Part shown: positions 8,795 to 18,086 of the stretch, piece by piece
Position numbering within the stretch: the stretch's first letter is position 1
Layout of the letters: each line of letters starts with the position of its first letter
Source of the DNA: Nitrososphaeria archaeon
GTDB lineage: Archaea; Thermoproteota; Nitrososphaeria; JACIWG01
Length of the DNA stretch: 64,000 bases
NCBI GenBank assembly: GCA_026413865.1
Contig: JAOAKB010000003.1
Span: 32,480-96,479 of the forward strand
Direction of reading: 5' to 3'
Position numbers and translations under genes: made by a program
Notes under the pieces: model-generated
Told to the model about the DNA's origin: nothing
What the model saw: only the letters and a program-made list of their open reading frames with translations
Database searches by the model: none

Positions 8795-9315
8795 AAAGCT
8801 ACGAGTCCCATCGCTCTTCTTCTCCAACTGAAATTTACTGTTCTGTCATAACAGTAAGTTCGTCGAGATATGAAGAGGCTTCTAAAGGGCATAAAATAGA
8901 TGATTTGTCTGGGCTCAAAATTGTTCAATTTTTGACTAATAAAGGCTATCATATAAGGTCAAGAAAAATTGTTCCCGATAATATTGAGATGATAAGGAAA
9001 GAAACACTTAGATCTATTTATGAAGAAAACTGTGATGTAATAATATTGACAGGAGGGACTGGAATCGCTTCTTCTGATGTAACAGTTGAAGCTCTCTCTC
9101 CTTTATTTATAAAATCGATGCCTGGATTTGGAGAAATTTTCAGAATAAAAAGTTTTGATAAAGCTAAGAGTGCTGCTATAATCTCAAGGGCCACTGCTGG
9201 TATTATATCTGGAAAGATTGTCTTTTGTCTTCCAGGTTCACCAGATGCAGTTGAAATTGCTATGGAAATATTATGTGACGAACTTCCACATATAGTAAAG
9301 CATGCGAGGGAGTAA
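8791..9315 (+). CDS. moaB: Molybdopterin adenylyltransferase (MoaB/MogA)
   Basis: TGGTG, DVTVEA, PGFGEIFR, SRATAG, LPGSP. Confidence 0.92.
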   Translation: MKSYESHRSSSPTEIYCSVITVSSSRYEEASKGHKIDDLSGLKIVQFLTNKGYHIRSRKIVPDNIEMIRKETLRSIYEENCDVIILTGGTGIASSDVTVEALSPLFIKSMPGFGEIFRIKSFDKAKSAAIISRATAGIISGKIVFCLPGSPDAVEIAMEILCDELPHIVKHARE

Positions 9316-9317
9316 AT

Positions 9318-10235
9318 ATGCTCTTAGACTTGTATAACAGGCCTGTTTATAATATAAGGCTATCAATTACATCAAAGTGCAATTTAAAATGTTTTTATTG
9401 TCATAATGAAGGCTTCAGTAAGACTGATAATGAAGAATTATCAGTTGATGAAATAGAGAGAATAGCCAATCTTGCTGCTTCATATGGTGTTAAGAGTGTA
9501 AAGCTTACAGGTGGTGAGCCATTATGCAGAAATGATGTTTTGGAAATAGTACATTCTATATCATCCATATCTGGATTAAAGGAAGTTTCTTTAGTAACTA
9601 ATGGCCAATTGTTAAAAGATTATGCTTTAAGGTTAAAAGTTGCTGGATTAAAAAGAGTTAATGTAAGTCTTCCTACACTTGATGATATAAAATATAGAGA
9701 AATAACAGGTGGAGGAAATGTTACTAATGTTTTACATGGTATAAAGGAAGCATGTGATGTTGGATTAAATCCTGTGAAAATAAATATGGTTTTACTGAAA
9801 GGCATTAATGAGAATGAGGTAGACGCTATGATATCATATTCCGCGAGTGTAGGCGCTATACTACAAATAATCGAATTGGAACCAGTACGTATTCTTCCTA
9901 AACTTTATGGTGAATATCATGAACCTGTTGATGAATTGGAAAGCATGCTTTTGAAAAGAGCAAAAAATGTATATTTTAGGGATGATATGCATAAGAGGAA
10001 AATATTCGAATTAGATTCAACAAAAGTTGAGGTGGTTCATCCAATTGAAAATAGTGAATTTTGTGCAAATTGTAATCGTTTAAGGGTTGCTTATAATGGT
10101 GCTTTCAAACCATGCTTAATGGTTACTGGTAATGAAGTTGAGACTAAAATGTATTTGAAAAATAAAGATTATGATGGGTTAAGATTAGCTTTCCTAAAAG
10201 CTGTTATGTTGAGAAAGCCATATTGTGTAAAATAA
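9318..10235 (+). CDS. moaA: GTP 3',8-cyclase (radical SAM)
   Basis: CNLKCFYCH, LTGGEPL, FCANCNRLR. Confidence 0.95.
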   Translation: MLLDLYNRPVYNIRLSITSKCNLKCFYCHNEGFSKTDNEELSVDEIERIANLAASYGVKSVKLTGGEPLCRNDVLEIVHSISSISGLKEVSLVTNGQLLKDYALRLKVAGLKRVNVSLPTLDDIKYREITGGGNVTNVLHGIKEACDVGLNPVKINMVLLKGINENEVDAMISYSASVGAILQIIELEPVRILPKLYGEYHEPVDELESMLLKRAKNVYFRDDMHKRKIFELDSTKVEVVHPIENSEFCANCNRLRVAYNGAFKPCLMVTGNEVETKMYLKNKDYDGLRLAFLKAVMLRKPYCVK

Positions 10236-10238
10236 TAA

Positions 10239-10568
10239 TTATTGCATAATATAGAACGCGTAACTTTCATCTTTTGCTAGACATTCTTCACAAACACATT
10301 TTTCTGAAACCTTATAATAATCACAGCTTAAACTGTACTCACAACTCCTACAATCTACATTTTTTCCGCAAATTCCACATTCTTTGTAAAGGATTATCTT
10401 ATCATTTAAGACGTTTTCTAAAAATTCAATTAAAAGTTTTTTATTTGTTTCATAATTTATCATCATGCCCTTACTTTTATCATACTTTACTCCTAAACTC
10501 ATTAATGTTTTAAAATCATCAACTGTCAGTCTAGGCAATCTAAACCATTTTCCTTCAACAATTTCCAT
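10239..10568 (-). CDS. Cys-rich putative Zn-binding hypothetical protein
   Basis: Multiple CxxC motifs; translationally coupled to rfcL. Confidence 0.7.
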   Translation of the reverse strand: MEIVEGKWFRLPRLTVDDFKTLMSLGVKYDKSKGMMINYETNKKLLIEFLENVLNDKIILYKECGICGKNVDCRSCEYSLSCDYYKVSEKCVCEECLAKDESYAFYIMQ

Positions 10569-11770
10569 TATAATTTCACCCTCTTTTGTATATATGCAAG
10601 AAAATTTTCTCCAAAACCTACATATTTTAAATATTCTAATGTCTTATCAGGTTTCTCTTTAACTAACGAAATTAAACATGGCAAATAGTATAGTGTAAAC
10701 TCTCCAATAGATGTATGATACTTTTGATTCACTCTTTCCTTTACTTCTTTAAATATCTTGTATTCTGTCCAATATTTTAGTTTTAATTCCCATAGAGGCT
10801 CTTCCTCACAATATCTAAATCCTTTACGAATGTCTGTGTCAAAAAGCTTTTCAACAAAATACATATCATACCAGCTAGCCATTCTCCACTCTTGTGTCTG
10901 GGTTATTCTATTTCTAAATAGGTCGATATCAGCTATTGCCCTTAATGCCTTTCTCCTAATATGTTTATCAAGGTTTGAAGCTAAAATAGAATAAAATGCT
11001 ATCATTAACTTTTCGTTCACATCAGCATCCATTTTAGAAAATTTTTTAAAAGCTTCGTCTTTCTCTTTTTCAGAAATTAAAGCCATAATCGCGTCAAATT
11101 TTGATATAGCCTCATCTTTCATAAAATCAGTTTCTTCCATAAGATATGGTGTGTCTATCATCGCCTGAAGCATATTTAACGCATTGCGGACATCACCATT
11201 ACTCTTTTTAGCAATATTATAAAGAATTTTTTTGTCGATGTTTCTATTCTCTTTTTTACATATATGCTTTAGGTATATCTCAATAAGTCTTAATGGTACC
11301 TTTTGAAATCTAATTACTATTACCCTTCTAGAAAGTTTTAGGACATTATCGTTGGTTTCATCATTTGCTGTGAGCACAATTGGAAGAGGTGGCTTATCAA
11401 TAAGTCCATTAATGTATTCTAGGCCCCCATAATCTTCTCTACTATATAAGCCATCGATTTCATCAAATAAAACCATCCTTTTTTCATTAAGTAAATTTGC
11501 AGCATAAAGGCTACTTCCTAATCTTTTATTAAGTGCATCCCTGGTTCTTATATCACTAGCATTCAATTCTATAATATAGTAACCTAAGCGTTTTGCAACT
11601 GCGTATACTGTCGTGTTTTTGCCTATTCCTGGAGGCCCTACTAAAAGTACTGCCTTATCCCCTTGTTTCCATTTTTTCAGCCATTCAAAAAACTCTTTTC
11701 TAGCCATATCATTTCCAATTATCATGTTAAATTCAATACTCCTATATTTTTCCGCCCAAGGTAAGCTCAA
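10568..11770 (-). CDS. rfcL: Replication factor C large subunit
   Basis: PWAEKYR, GPPGIGK, ELNASD, FDEIDG, GDVRNALN. Confidence 0.92.
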   Translation of the reverse strand: MSLPWAEKYRSIEFNMIIGNDMARKEFFEWLKKWKQGDKAVLLVGPPGIGKNTTVYAVAKRLGYYIIELNASDIRTRDALNKRLGSSLYAANLLNEKRMVLFDEIDGLYSREDYGGLEYINGLIDKPPLPIVLTANDETNDNVLKLSRRVIVIRFQKVPLRLIEIYLKHICKKENRNIDKKILYNIAKKSNGDVRNALNMLQAMIDTPYLMEETDFMKDEAISKFDAIMALISEKEKDEAFKKFSKMDADVNEKLMIAFYSILASNLDKHIRRKALRAIADIDLFRNRITQTQEWRMASWYDMYFVEKLFDTDIRKGFRYCEEEPLWELKLKYWTEYKIFKEVKERVNQKYHTSIGEFTLYYLPCLISLVKEKPDKTLEYLKYVGFGENFLAYIQKRVKL

Positions 11771-12662
11771 CTATTATCACCCACACACTTTCTATAGTAA
11801 ATGATAAAAATCCAATAAGCATTCCATTTAACGCTATTCTTTTGACACGTAAAGCATTTTCCCTAGAATTATTCTTTAAGATAGAGTTTACAAGATAAAT
11901 AAATATAATATCGGGTACCATAACAGATAAGAGATAAATCTCTCCCATATGCTTAAAAATGTATGGTCCCAAAGTGCAAACTATTGCTAAAATAAAAAAT
12001 ACTGAACCTATTTTTGCTGCTTTTTCTGCACCAAATTTTATTGCAACTGATTGTACACCCCTTATCTTATCACCTTCTATATCTGATATTGTTTTTATCA
12101 CCTCTCTTCCTGTTACTGCAAAAAAGGATACAGTAGAAAACCAGCATACGATAGGACTTAAAAGTGTTGGATTCACAATAAAGTCCTGTAATCCATTATA
12201 TGCCAATATAACATTTCCATAAATATATGGTATAATGGTTGAAACCGCTACTGTTATATTTCCAATTATTCCATGTTTTTTTAAGTCAAAATTATAGAGC
12301 CATGAAATAAAAGCAAAAAGTATAGCTATTAGTAAACCTAAAATTGAAGTAAAATATGCAAATATAAGTCCTGTAAAAAGTAATATAATGCTATATGCCC
12401 AAGCATTTTTTACTGTAATATAACCTTTAGCTAATGGTCTATCCATCCTATTGATTATATCTACCTCAACATCATAAATGTCATTTACTACCATAGAATA
12501 GGATGAAATGAAGAATCCCGTTAAAAAGCCATATATTGTTTTTATTGAAAGAATCTGTCTTGGGTCAGTCAAAATTATTCCTATTATGACTGCCAACCCA
12601 ATCATGATACTGTTTTTAGGTCTAACTATTGTAATATAATGTTTTAGACTACTTTTTTTCAT
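11742..12662 (-). CDS. Digeranylgeranylglyceryl phosphate synthase (UbiA prenyltransferase)
   Basis: NDIYDVEVD…RPL and REVIKTISDIEGD Asp-rich motifs, multiple TM helices. Confidence 0.88.
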   Translation of the reverse strand: MKKSSLKHYITIVRPKNSIMIGLAVIIGIILTDPRQILSIKTIYGFLTGFFISSYSMVVNDIYDVEVDIINRMDRPLAKGYITVKNAWAYSIILLFTGLIFAYFTSILGLLIAILFAFISWLYNFDLKKHGIIGNITVAVSTIIPYIYGNVILAYNGLQDFIVNPTLLSPIVCWFSTVSFFAVTGREVIKTISDIEGDKIRGVQSVAIKFGAEKAAKIGSVFFILAIVCTLGPYIFKHMGEIYLLSVMVPDIIFIYLVNSILKNNSRENALRVKRIALNGMLIGFLSFTIESVWVIIVELTLGGKI

Positions 12663-13197
12663 AAAAGGCCGCCTCAGAAACTTGATAATATATAGCTTCT
12701 CCCCTTCTATCTAATACTGCTATAATCATCCCTTCCCTTTTATTTTTTGTAATGTTCTCAAAAATTTTCTCAAACTCAATTTCATATCCTTCATTTAGTA
12801 CAAAAATAGCATACTTTACAGACCTAACTTTATAATCATCTTTATTATAAATGTAAAAATCGATTCCATCTTCTAAACTTTCCTTAACTATAAAACCCCT
12901 GTTTTTTAAATCCCTATAAACTAGGTAACGGGAGAGTATATTCTTATCCTTTCTATAAAATGTTTTCATCAATTCATTAAAACTTATACTCTTATTATTA
13001 TGTAAAACCTCTATTTTGTTAATCTCAAGCAAGTATAATCCCTCATATTTTGACAGGATTAATCTATGTCCATCTATTTCGCCAAAACCACTCTGGTACA
13101 CTTCTTGGATTCTCCCATTACATTCTACAATAATGTTTTCCCCATCCAATTTTCCAATAAATTTCATTTTCTTTGCTTCATCTTTTTCGCTTGTCAT
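12649..13197 (-). CDS. endA: tRNA-splicing endonuclease subunit (probably the non-catalytic/structural subunit)
   Basis: LSKYEGLYLL, YLVYRDLKNRGFIVK, DFYIY, IAVLDRRGEAIYY; catalytic His not evident; likely start MTSEK at 13197. Confidence 0.85.
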   Translation of the reverse strand: MTSEKDEAKKMKFIGKLDGENIIVECNGRIQEVYQSGFGEIDGHRLILSKYEGLYLLEINKIEVLHNNKSISFNELMKTFYRKDKNILSRYLVYRDLKNRGFIVKESLEDGIDFYIYNKDDYKVRSVKYAIFVLNEGYEIEFEKIFENITKNKREGMIIAVLDRRGEAIYYQVSEAAFYEKK

Positions 13198-13258
13198 CGG
13201 TCTAAAAACACAAAGTAAAGCTTTTAAGCGTTTGTTTATAAGTTTATGTGCGACTAAT

Positions 13259-13555
13259 TTGAAAATATCACAATTAAGGGACAATATGAAGGGTGTTCAA
13301 GTAGTTGGAAAGATAATTGAAAAATCTGAATCAAGGGAAGTTACACTAAAAACTGGTCAAAAGGCTAGAGTTGCAGACCTAACCTTGGCGGATGAAACTG
13401 ATAAAATTAAATTAACTTTGTGGGATGAACAAATTGATAAAGTTGATGTAGGTGATGTTGTTAGAATTGAAAATGGTTACGTGAATAGTTATAAGGGTGA
13501 AATTCGTCTTAACGTAGGTCGCTATGGCAAGCTTACAGTCGTTGAAAAGGTTTAA
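13259..13555 (+). CDS. ssb: Single-OB-fold ssDNA-binding protein (crenarchaeal/thaumarchaeal SSB type)
   Basis: TTG start KISQL…LADETDKIKLTLWDE…GDVVRIENGY…LNVGRYG. Confidence 0.9.
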   Translation: MKISQLRDNMKGVQVVGKIIEKSESREVTLKTGQKARVADLTLADETDKIKLTLWDEQIDKVDVGDVVRIENGYVNSYKGEIRLNVGRYGKLTVVEKV

Positions 13556-13556
13556 A

Positions 13557-15611
13557 CTAATTATCTGTCTGTAAGGTAGTAATTCTGGCTGAATTACATC
13601 TGGTACACTTTGTTCCACTAATACTTTTATTTCCACAGGTTGCGCAAGAAATCATGTTCCTTCTTAGTTTAACTACACTTAATTTTGAAATTATTTTATC
13701 AATTGTTGTTTCCAGTGAATTATTTTCCTCTTGTGTATCCAGGTCTATGATTACATGGTATCCTCCATCTGTAGCTTCGATTCTTGATTGCAGCCATTTA
13801 ACTATGTTTTCATCATCCATCATCTTTACATCTACTACTGGTACTTGCGAATATCTTTCTTTACTAATTTTATCTATAATTCCTCTTGGAATATTTTCTT
13901 TATCCATTTCATAGAATCTTTTAGAAGAATCGTCATTATAGACGGCTGGTAAAATCCTTAAACTTTTTTCTTTTCCATACTCTTTTAATATTCTTTTAGA
14001 AAATTCCATAAACTTTATCCATAACCTATTTTGTTCCTCCTCATTTCCTGCGGCTATTTTCGTAAGTTCATCTAATCCTACTAGATTTACGATTGAAAGA
14101 AAATTTGTAGAGAATATATCATTATTGTACGCATATATGTAAAGTATTTCTTTCTCTATTAAATCAATTAAATTATTTTTCCGTTCTCCTACAGCATCAC
14201 ATATTTTCTCTAGTTTAATTTTGATTAAACTTTTCAAAAATGTTTCCTCTGTACCTATGTAGGCTAGACGTGGCAGGTTTAAGGATATTGAATGTAAAAT
14301 TATTGTTCCCGAAGAAATTATATCATTGGGTTCAAATTTTTTTCTTATGCCCATGTATGATATTGACTTTATTGGTTGTTTTGAAATCATAATATTTCCT
14401 CCTTTCTTGATAATATCAACAATATAAGGTGTTATATGAAAAAAGTTTTCTTTTTCAAAAATGTTAAAGATAAGTTTTATGCGTGATTTTAAAGTTTTCT
14501 GGAGATAAATTAAATATGCTTCAAAAACAATTTTCAACAGTTCTATTCTATTTTCATCATTAACATTTATTTGGAAGGTAATAAAGTTATTAGATAAGGG
14601 ATTAATTCCCAAAACCGAATTTGTGAAAAACTCATAAACTCTTTTAACATTCACTTCCCCCTCTACTTCTTTTATTAATTGTAAAAATTCGATAAAATTT
14701 TCAATACACACCTCATTTGCAACACTTTCAAGCATTTTATTTATTGATAATACTGCTTTAGTAAAGCTAACATTTTCCTTATCAAATTCTCTAGGTAAAT
14801 GTGGGTCCTTTAAACCAAATTTTATGTTAAAAGAGTTTAAGGCTAAAGCATCAAAAAATATGCTATCTGGCATAATACCCCAACATCCGGTGTTTACTAA
14901 ACTAATTTCTCCTGAAAGATGCATGTCTAAGATTTCTGAACTAACTTGAGTCAGTAAAAGATAGTCAGTAAAAACTGCGTCAGCAGCTGTATTTCTCAAT
15001 GATCTTATATTTCCCTCAGAAAGTCCTACTTGAACAATCTTATCTGCAACGTCCTTTACAGGTAAACCTAATCTTGTAAGCTTATTACGATATTCATCTA
15101 ATCCCTTTTCAACAAGTATAGAATTTACAAATTCTCTTATTAATGGTGCCGTTAAATGTACATTTTCCAGTTTGCTAATACGTGCTTCAGCTTCAGCGGT
15201 GATCTTAGATGCCAAATCACGAGGAACATTTGCCTCTCTAATTAGTGACTGATAAATTTTGTTGCTATCAAACTCTTCAATTTTGTGCTTTGATGTTCTG
15301 ACATAAATTTTTCCTGAAAACTGTAATGCTGCCTCCTTTAACTCATTAGTAGCCGCTAAAACTGTCCTACCAAAAGGAGTTAAACTATACTTCTTTGTAT
15401 TTTTATTTAATGTAATTAGATTTACAGAAGTAAGTAACCTTAAATGGTAAGCAAATCTACCTGACTCTCTTTTCTTAACAAAACCGCAATTATTTTTTAA
15501 TTGAGTGTACGATAACGGCCCATTCTTATTCAATTCATTCAAAATATTTAATCTCTCATTAGATCCAAGAGCAGAATAAAGTGTTTCGAAATCAATTACA
15601 TCTCCGTACAT
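13557..15611 (-). CDS. wHTH + ATP-cone + degenerate class III ribonucleotide reductase (NrdD-like) fusion protein
   Basis: N-terminal HTH (ESGRFAYHLRLL), ATP cone (VRTS…EEFD…LTAPLIREFVN), HLSGEI, SLNLPRL, C-terminal CxxC…CxxC; no glycyl-radical RxxGY motif. Confidence 0.8.
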   Translation of the reverse strand: MYGDVIDFETLYSALGSNERLNILNELNKNGPLSYTQLKNNCGFVKKRESGRFAYHLRLLTSVNLITLNKNTKKYSLTPFGRTVLAATNELKEAALQFSGKIYVRTSKHKIEEFDSNKIYQSLIREANVPRDLASKITAEAEARISKLENVHLTAPLIREFVNSILVEKGLDEYRNKLTRLGLPVKDVADKIVQVGLSEGNIRSLRNTAADAVFTDYLLLTQVSSEILDMHLSGEISLVNTGCWGIMPDSIFFDALALNSFNIKFGLKDPHLPREFDKENVSFTKAVLSINKMLESVANEVCIENFIEFLQLIKEVEGEVNVKRVYEFFTNSVLGINPLSNNFITFQINVNDENRIELLKIVFEAYLIYLQKTLKSRIKLIFNIFEKENFFHITPYIVDIIKKGGNIMISKQPIKSISYMGIRKKFEPNDIISSGTIILHSISLNLPRLAYIGTEETFLKSLIKIKLEKICDAVGERKNNLIDLIEKEILYIYAYNNDIFSTNFLSIVNLVGLDELTKIAAGNEEEQNRLWIKFMEFSKRILKEYGKEKSLRILPAVYNDDSSKRFYEMDKENIPRGIIDKISKERYSQVPVVDVKMMDDENIVKWLQSRIEATDGGYHVIIDLDTQEENNSLETTIDKIISKLSVVKLRRNMISCATCGNKSISGTKCTRCNSARITTLQTDN

Positions 15612-15698
15612 TCAACCCTCTCCACTAATTTATCTCCTAGGTGCTAAAAAACATTATTTTTAAAAAATTAATAAAAAAGAGAAATTGAACCTAAACAT

Positions 15699-15774
15699 GG
15701 GGTCGTGGGCCAGTCTGGTCTACGCTGCGCGGCTTGGGCCCGCGCGGACGTGGGTTCAAATCCCACCGACCCCA
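15699..15774 (+). tRNA. tRNA-Pro(TGG)
   Basis: GGGGTCG/CGACCCC acceptor, CGCGG-CTTGGGC-CCGCG anticodon arm, TTCAAAT. Confidence 0.93.
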
Positions 15775-15858
15775 TTTTCTATTTTTATTACCCAAATTAT
15801 CCAACACTAACCCTATCTTAATAAAACTAGCATCTTTAAGAAGTTATATATAATGAAG

Positions 15859-15933
15859 CGGGCCCGAGGGGATTTGAACCCCCGACCCCAGGCTTAGAGG
15901 GCCTGTGCTCTATCCATACTGAGCTACGAGCCC
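15859..15933 (-). tRNA. tRNA-Arg(TCT)
   Basis: GGGCTCG/CGGGCCC acceptor, CAGGC-CCTCTAA-GCCTG anticodon arm; C at position 33. Confidence 0.93.
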
Positions 15934-16023
15934 ACTATAATGCCTCTATTCAAACCTTTTAAAGTTTCTATTAAAATATTTTATCCTAAGAATCAAATTA
16001 AAAAAAGTTTGGGGAGGGCGCCC

Positions 16024-16209
16024 TTATGTTAGTCCTAAGTCTGGAAACTTTGCCTTTTCTACGCCTAATTCTTCCTGCAATGTTCTAATTCTTTTGGCGT
16101 ACTCAAGCATTTTTTCTCTATCATTTTGTACCTTTGCAATCTTGTAAGCTTTCCACGCCTTCTTTAAGGCGCCCCATGTTTGTCCTGTCGTATAAGTTTT
16201 AGAAGACAT
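16024..16209 (-). CDS. Small basic helical hypothetical protein
   Basis: 61 aa, TWGALKKAWKAYKIAK…YAKRIRTLQEELG; resembles a small thaumarchaeal family (from memory). Confidence 0.75.
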   Translation of the reverse strand: MSSKTYTTGQTWGALKKAWKAYKIAKVQNDREKMLEYAKRIRTLQEELGVEKAKFPDLGLT

Positions 16210-16276
16210 ATTGTCTCACTATAAGCTTTCATTTAATGAGATAAAAATGTTTCTTTTTTATCATCAAAAACCATCA

Positions 16277-17242
16277 TTATCTTTTGAAGTGGATCCATCC
16301 TCTCTTCTCTATCAATTCTCCTTTAAAGAAAACTCTTCCACTTCCTTCAACAGTTCTACCTATTATTTTTACTGGGGTGTTCGTTTCCTCACCTATCTTA
16401 AATATTTTTGGGGCGTCCTTAATTTTACACGTAAAAACTATCTCGTATTCTTCACCACCATATAATGTGTATTCTCTTTTCTCATTTTCAGAAAGCTCAT
16501 TATTATTTTTAAGGGATTCATTTATTGGAAGTTCATCTAACAATATGTCCACATGACTTCGCTGCGCTAACTCGTATAAAGATATTGCTAGTCCATCACT
16601 CGAATCTATAGCCGCTGTAATCAATTTTCGATTACAGGCAATTAAACCAAAATTTAACCTTGGCATAGGATACAAGACTGTCTCTATAGCCTTCTCTGTT
16701 AATCGAGGGCTTCTAATTTTCTTTCTTTCATTTAGAATATCCACTCCCAAAGGTGGAAGTCCAAAGTCGCCTGTTACCAGAACATACTCATCAATATAAG
16801 CCCCATCCCTACTCACTATATTCTTTCCCCATCCAAACATAATACAATCAATAACCAAATCTGATGCCTCATTAGTATCCCCTCCCACAATTTCTATATC
16901 AAATTCGTTTCTTGCATCCTTTAAACCATTTGCTATCTCTAGCACATGCTCCTCATTAAACCCTCTTGGTAAACCTATTGAGACAAGCACACCCCAAGGT
17001 TTAACTCCCTTACATGCAAAATCGCTCACGCAAGCGACAACACTTTTCCTTGCCGCTTGTCGTAAACTCATACCTTTAGGCATATCAGTTTTACCGACAA
17101 ACATGTCGGCCTTGATAACAAATTTATCCCTCTTCACTGCCTTTCTAGTCCAAGCTACATCATCTCCAATTTCAGAAAAAAGTTTCCTAGGCTGGCCTAA
17201 AACTTCCAAGAACATATTAATAACCGTCAATTCGTCAACCAT
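16277..17242 (-). CDS. thiL: Thiamine-monophosphate kinase
   Basis: IGDDVA, SDFACKG, GGDTN, IDSSDGL, GGEEYE, GWIHF. Confidence 0.93.
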   Translation of the reverse strand: MVDELTVINMFLEVLGQPRKLFSEIGDDVAWTRKAVKRDKFVIKADMFVGKTDMPKGMSLRQAARKSVVACVSDFACKGVKPWGVLVSIGLPRGFNEEHVLEIANGLKDARNEFDIEIVGGDTNEASDLVIDCIMFGWGKNIVSRDGAYIDEYVLVTGDFGLPPLGVDILNERKKIRSPRLTEKAIETVLYPMPRLNFGLIACNRKLITAAIDSSDGLAISLYELAQRSHVDILLDELPINESLKNNNELSENEKREYTLYGGEEYEIVFTCKIKDAPKIFKIGEETNTPVKIIGRTVEGSGRVFFKGELIEKRGWIHFKR

Positions 17243-17336
17243 TATGCTTCCACACCATCACCAACATAAACTACAAACATAAATTAAATAAAATTTTAAC
17301 AAACTTAAATAATACTCTATTAAAAATAAAGGCTGC

Positions 17337-17409
17337 GCCCCGGTAGCTCAGAAGGCAGAGCGATAGCCTCGTAAGCTATAGGTCGCGGGTTCAACCCCCG
17401 CCCGGGGCT
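17337..17409 (+). tRNA. tRNA-Thr(CGT)
   Basis: GCCCCGG/CCGGGGC acceptor, ATAGC-CTCGTAA-GCTAT anticodon arm. Confidence 0.94.
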
Positions 17410-17483
17410 CTAACTTTTACTAGAAAATTAATGGTGTGTGTTCAAATAAAAGGTTTTAAATTAGAATTGAACTTTTTGCAATT

Positions 17484-17885
17484 ATGAAATGTACAAGATG
17501 TGGTGATTGCTGTAAATTTACACAAATGCAATTAACAAATGAGGACATAAGAAGGATAGAGCAATTAGGTTTTAAGAAGGATCAGTTCATAGAATTTGAT
17601 AAAAACGGGTTTGCCAAGTTAAAGAACAAAAGTGGCTATTGTATCTTTTACGATATTATCAAAAAGGAATGCAAAATATACGAAAATAGACCCATAGGAT
17701 GCACATTATATCCTATAATGTATGATCCAATAAAAAATGATATAACAATAGACTATTCTTGTCCCTCTGCAAATACAATCACAGAAGAAGAGCTTGAAAG
17801 CAAACAAGTAACATTAATGAAAACAATAAAACAAATATATAAAGAAGCAAGAAAAAGATCCTATTATATAAAACAAAAAAATTAA
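17484..17885 (+). CDS. YkgJ-family cysteine-cluster protein
   Basis: CTRCGDCC…CIF…CKIYENRPIGCTLYP. Confidence 0.88.
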   Translation: MKCTRCGDCCKFTQMQLTNEDIRRIEQLGFKKDQFIEFDKNGFAKLKNKSGYCIFYDIIKKECKIYENRPIGCTLYPIMYDPIKNDITIDYSCPSANTITEEELESKQVTLMKTIKQIYKEARKRSYYIKQKN

Positions 17886-17914
17886 GAACCTCTAAAATAA
17901 TACCTAAACCAATA

Positions 17915-17999
17915 GCGGGGGTTGCCAAGCCAGGTCAAAGGCGCAGGACTGAGGCTCCTGTCGCGTAGGCGTTCGTGGGTTCAAATCCCACCCCCCGCA
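17915..17999 (+). tRNA. tRNA-Leu(GAG)
   Basis: GCGGGGG/CCCCCGC acceptor, CAGGA-CTGAGGC-TCCTG, long variable arm. Confidence 0.95.
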
Positions 18000-18086
18000 T
18001 TATTAATTGTGAATCTAAAGCTCGATTATCTCCTTATGGGTATTGATATCGTAGTTCTATTTAAATAACAGGCTCGTTAATAGGTT

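Noticed and set aside
13016..13258. N-terminal extensions of the ssb and endA ORFs in the ORF track
   Set aside because: They overlap each other head-to-head; homology starts at 13259 (ssb) and about 13197 (endA)
15894..15900. Reading the tRNA-Arg loop CCTCTAA as a CUA amber suppressor
   Set aside because: The 5-bp stem and 7-nt loop place UCU at 34-36, and the body is Arg-like
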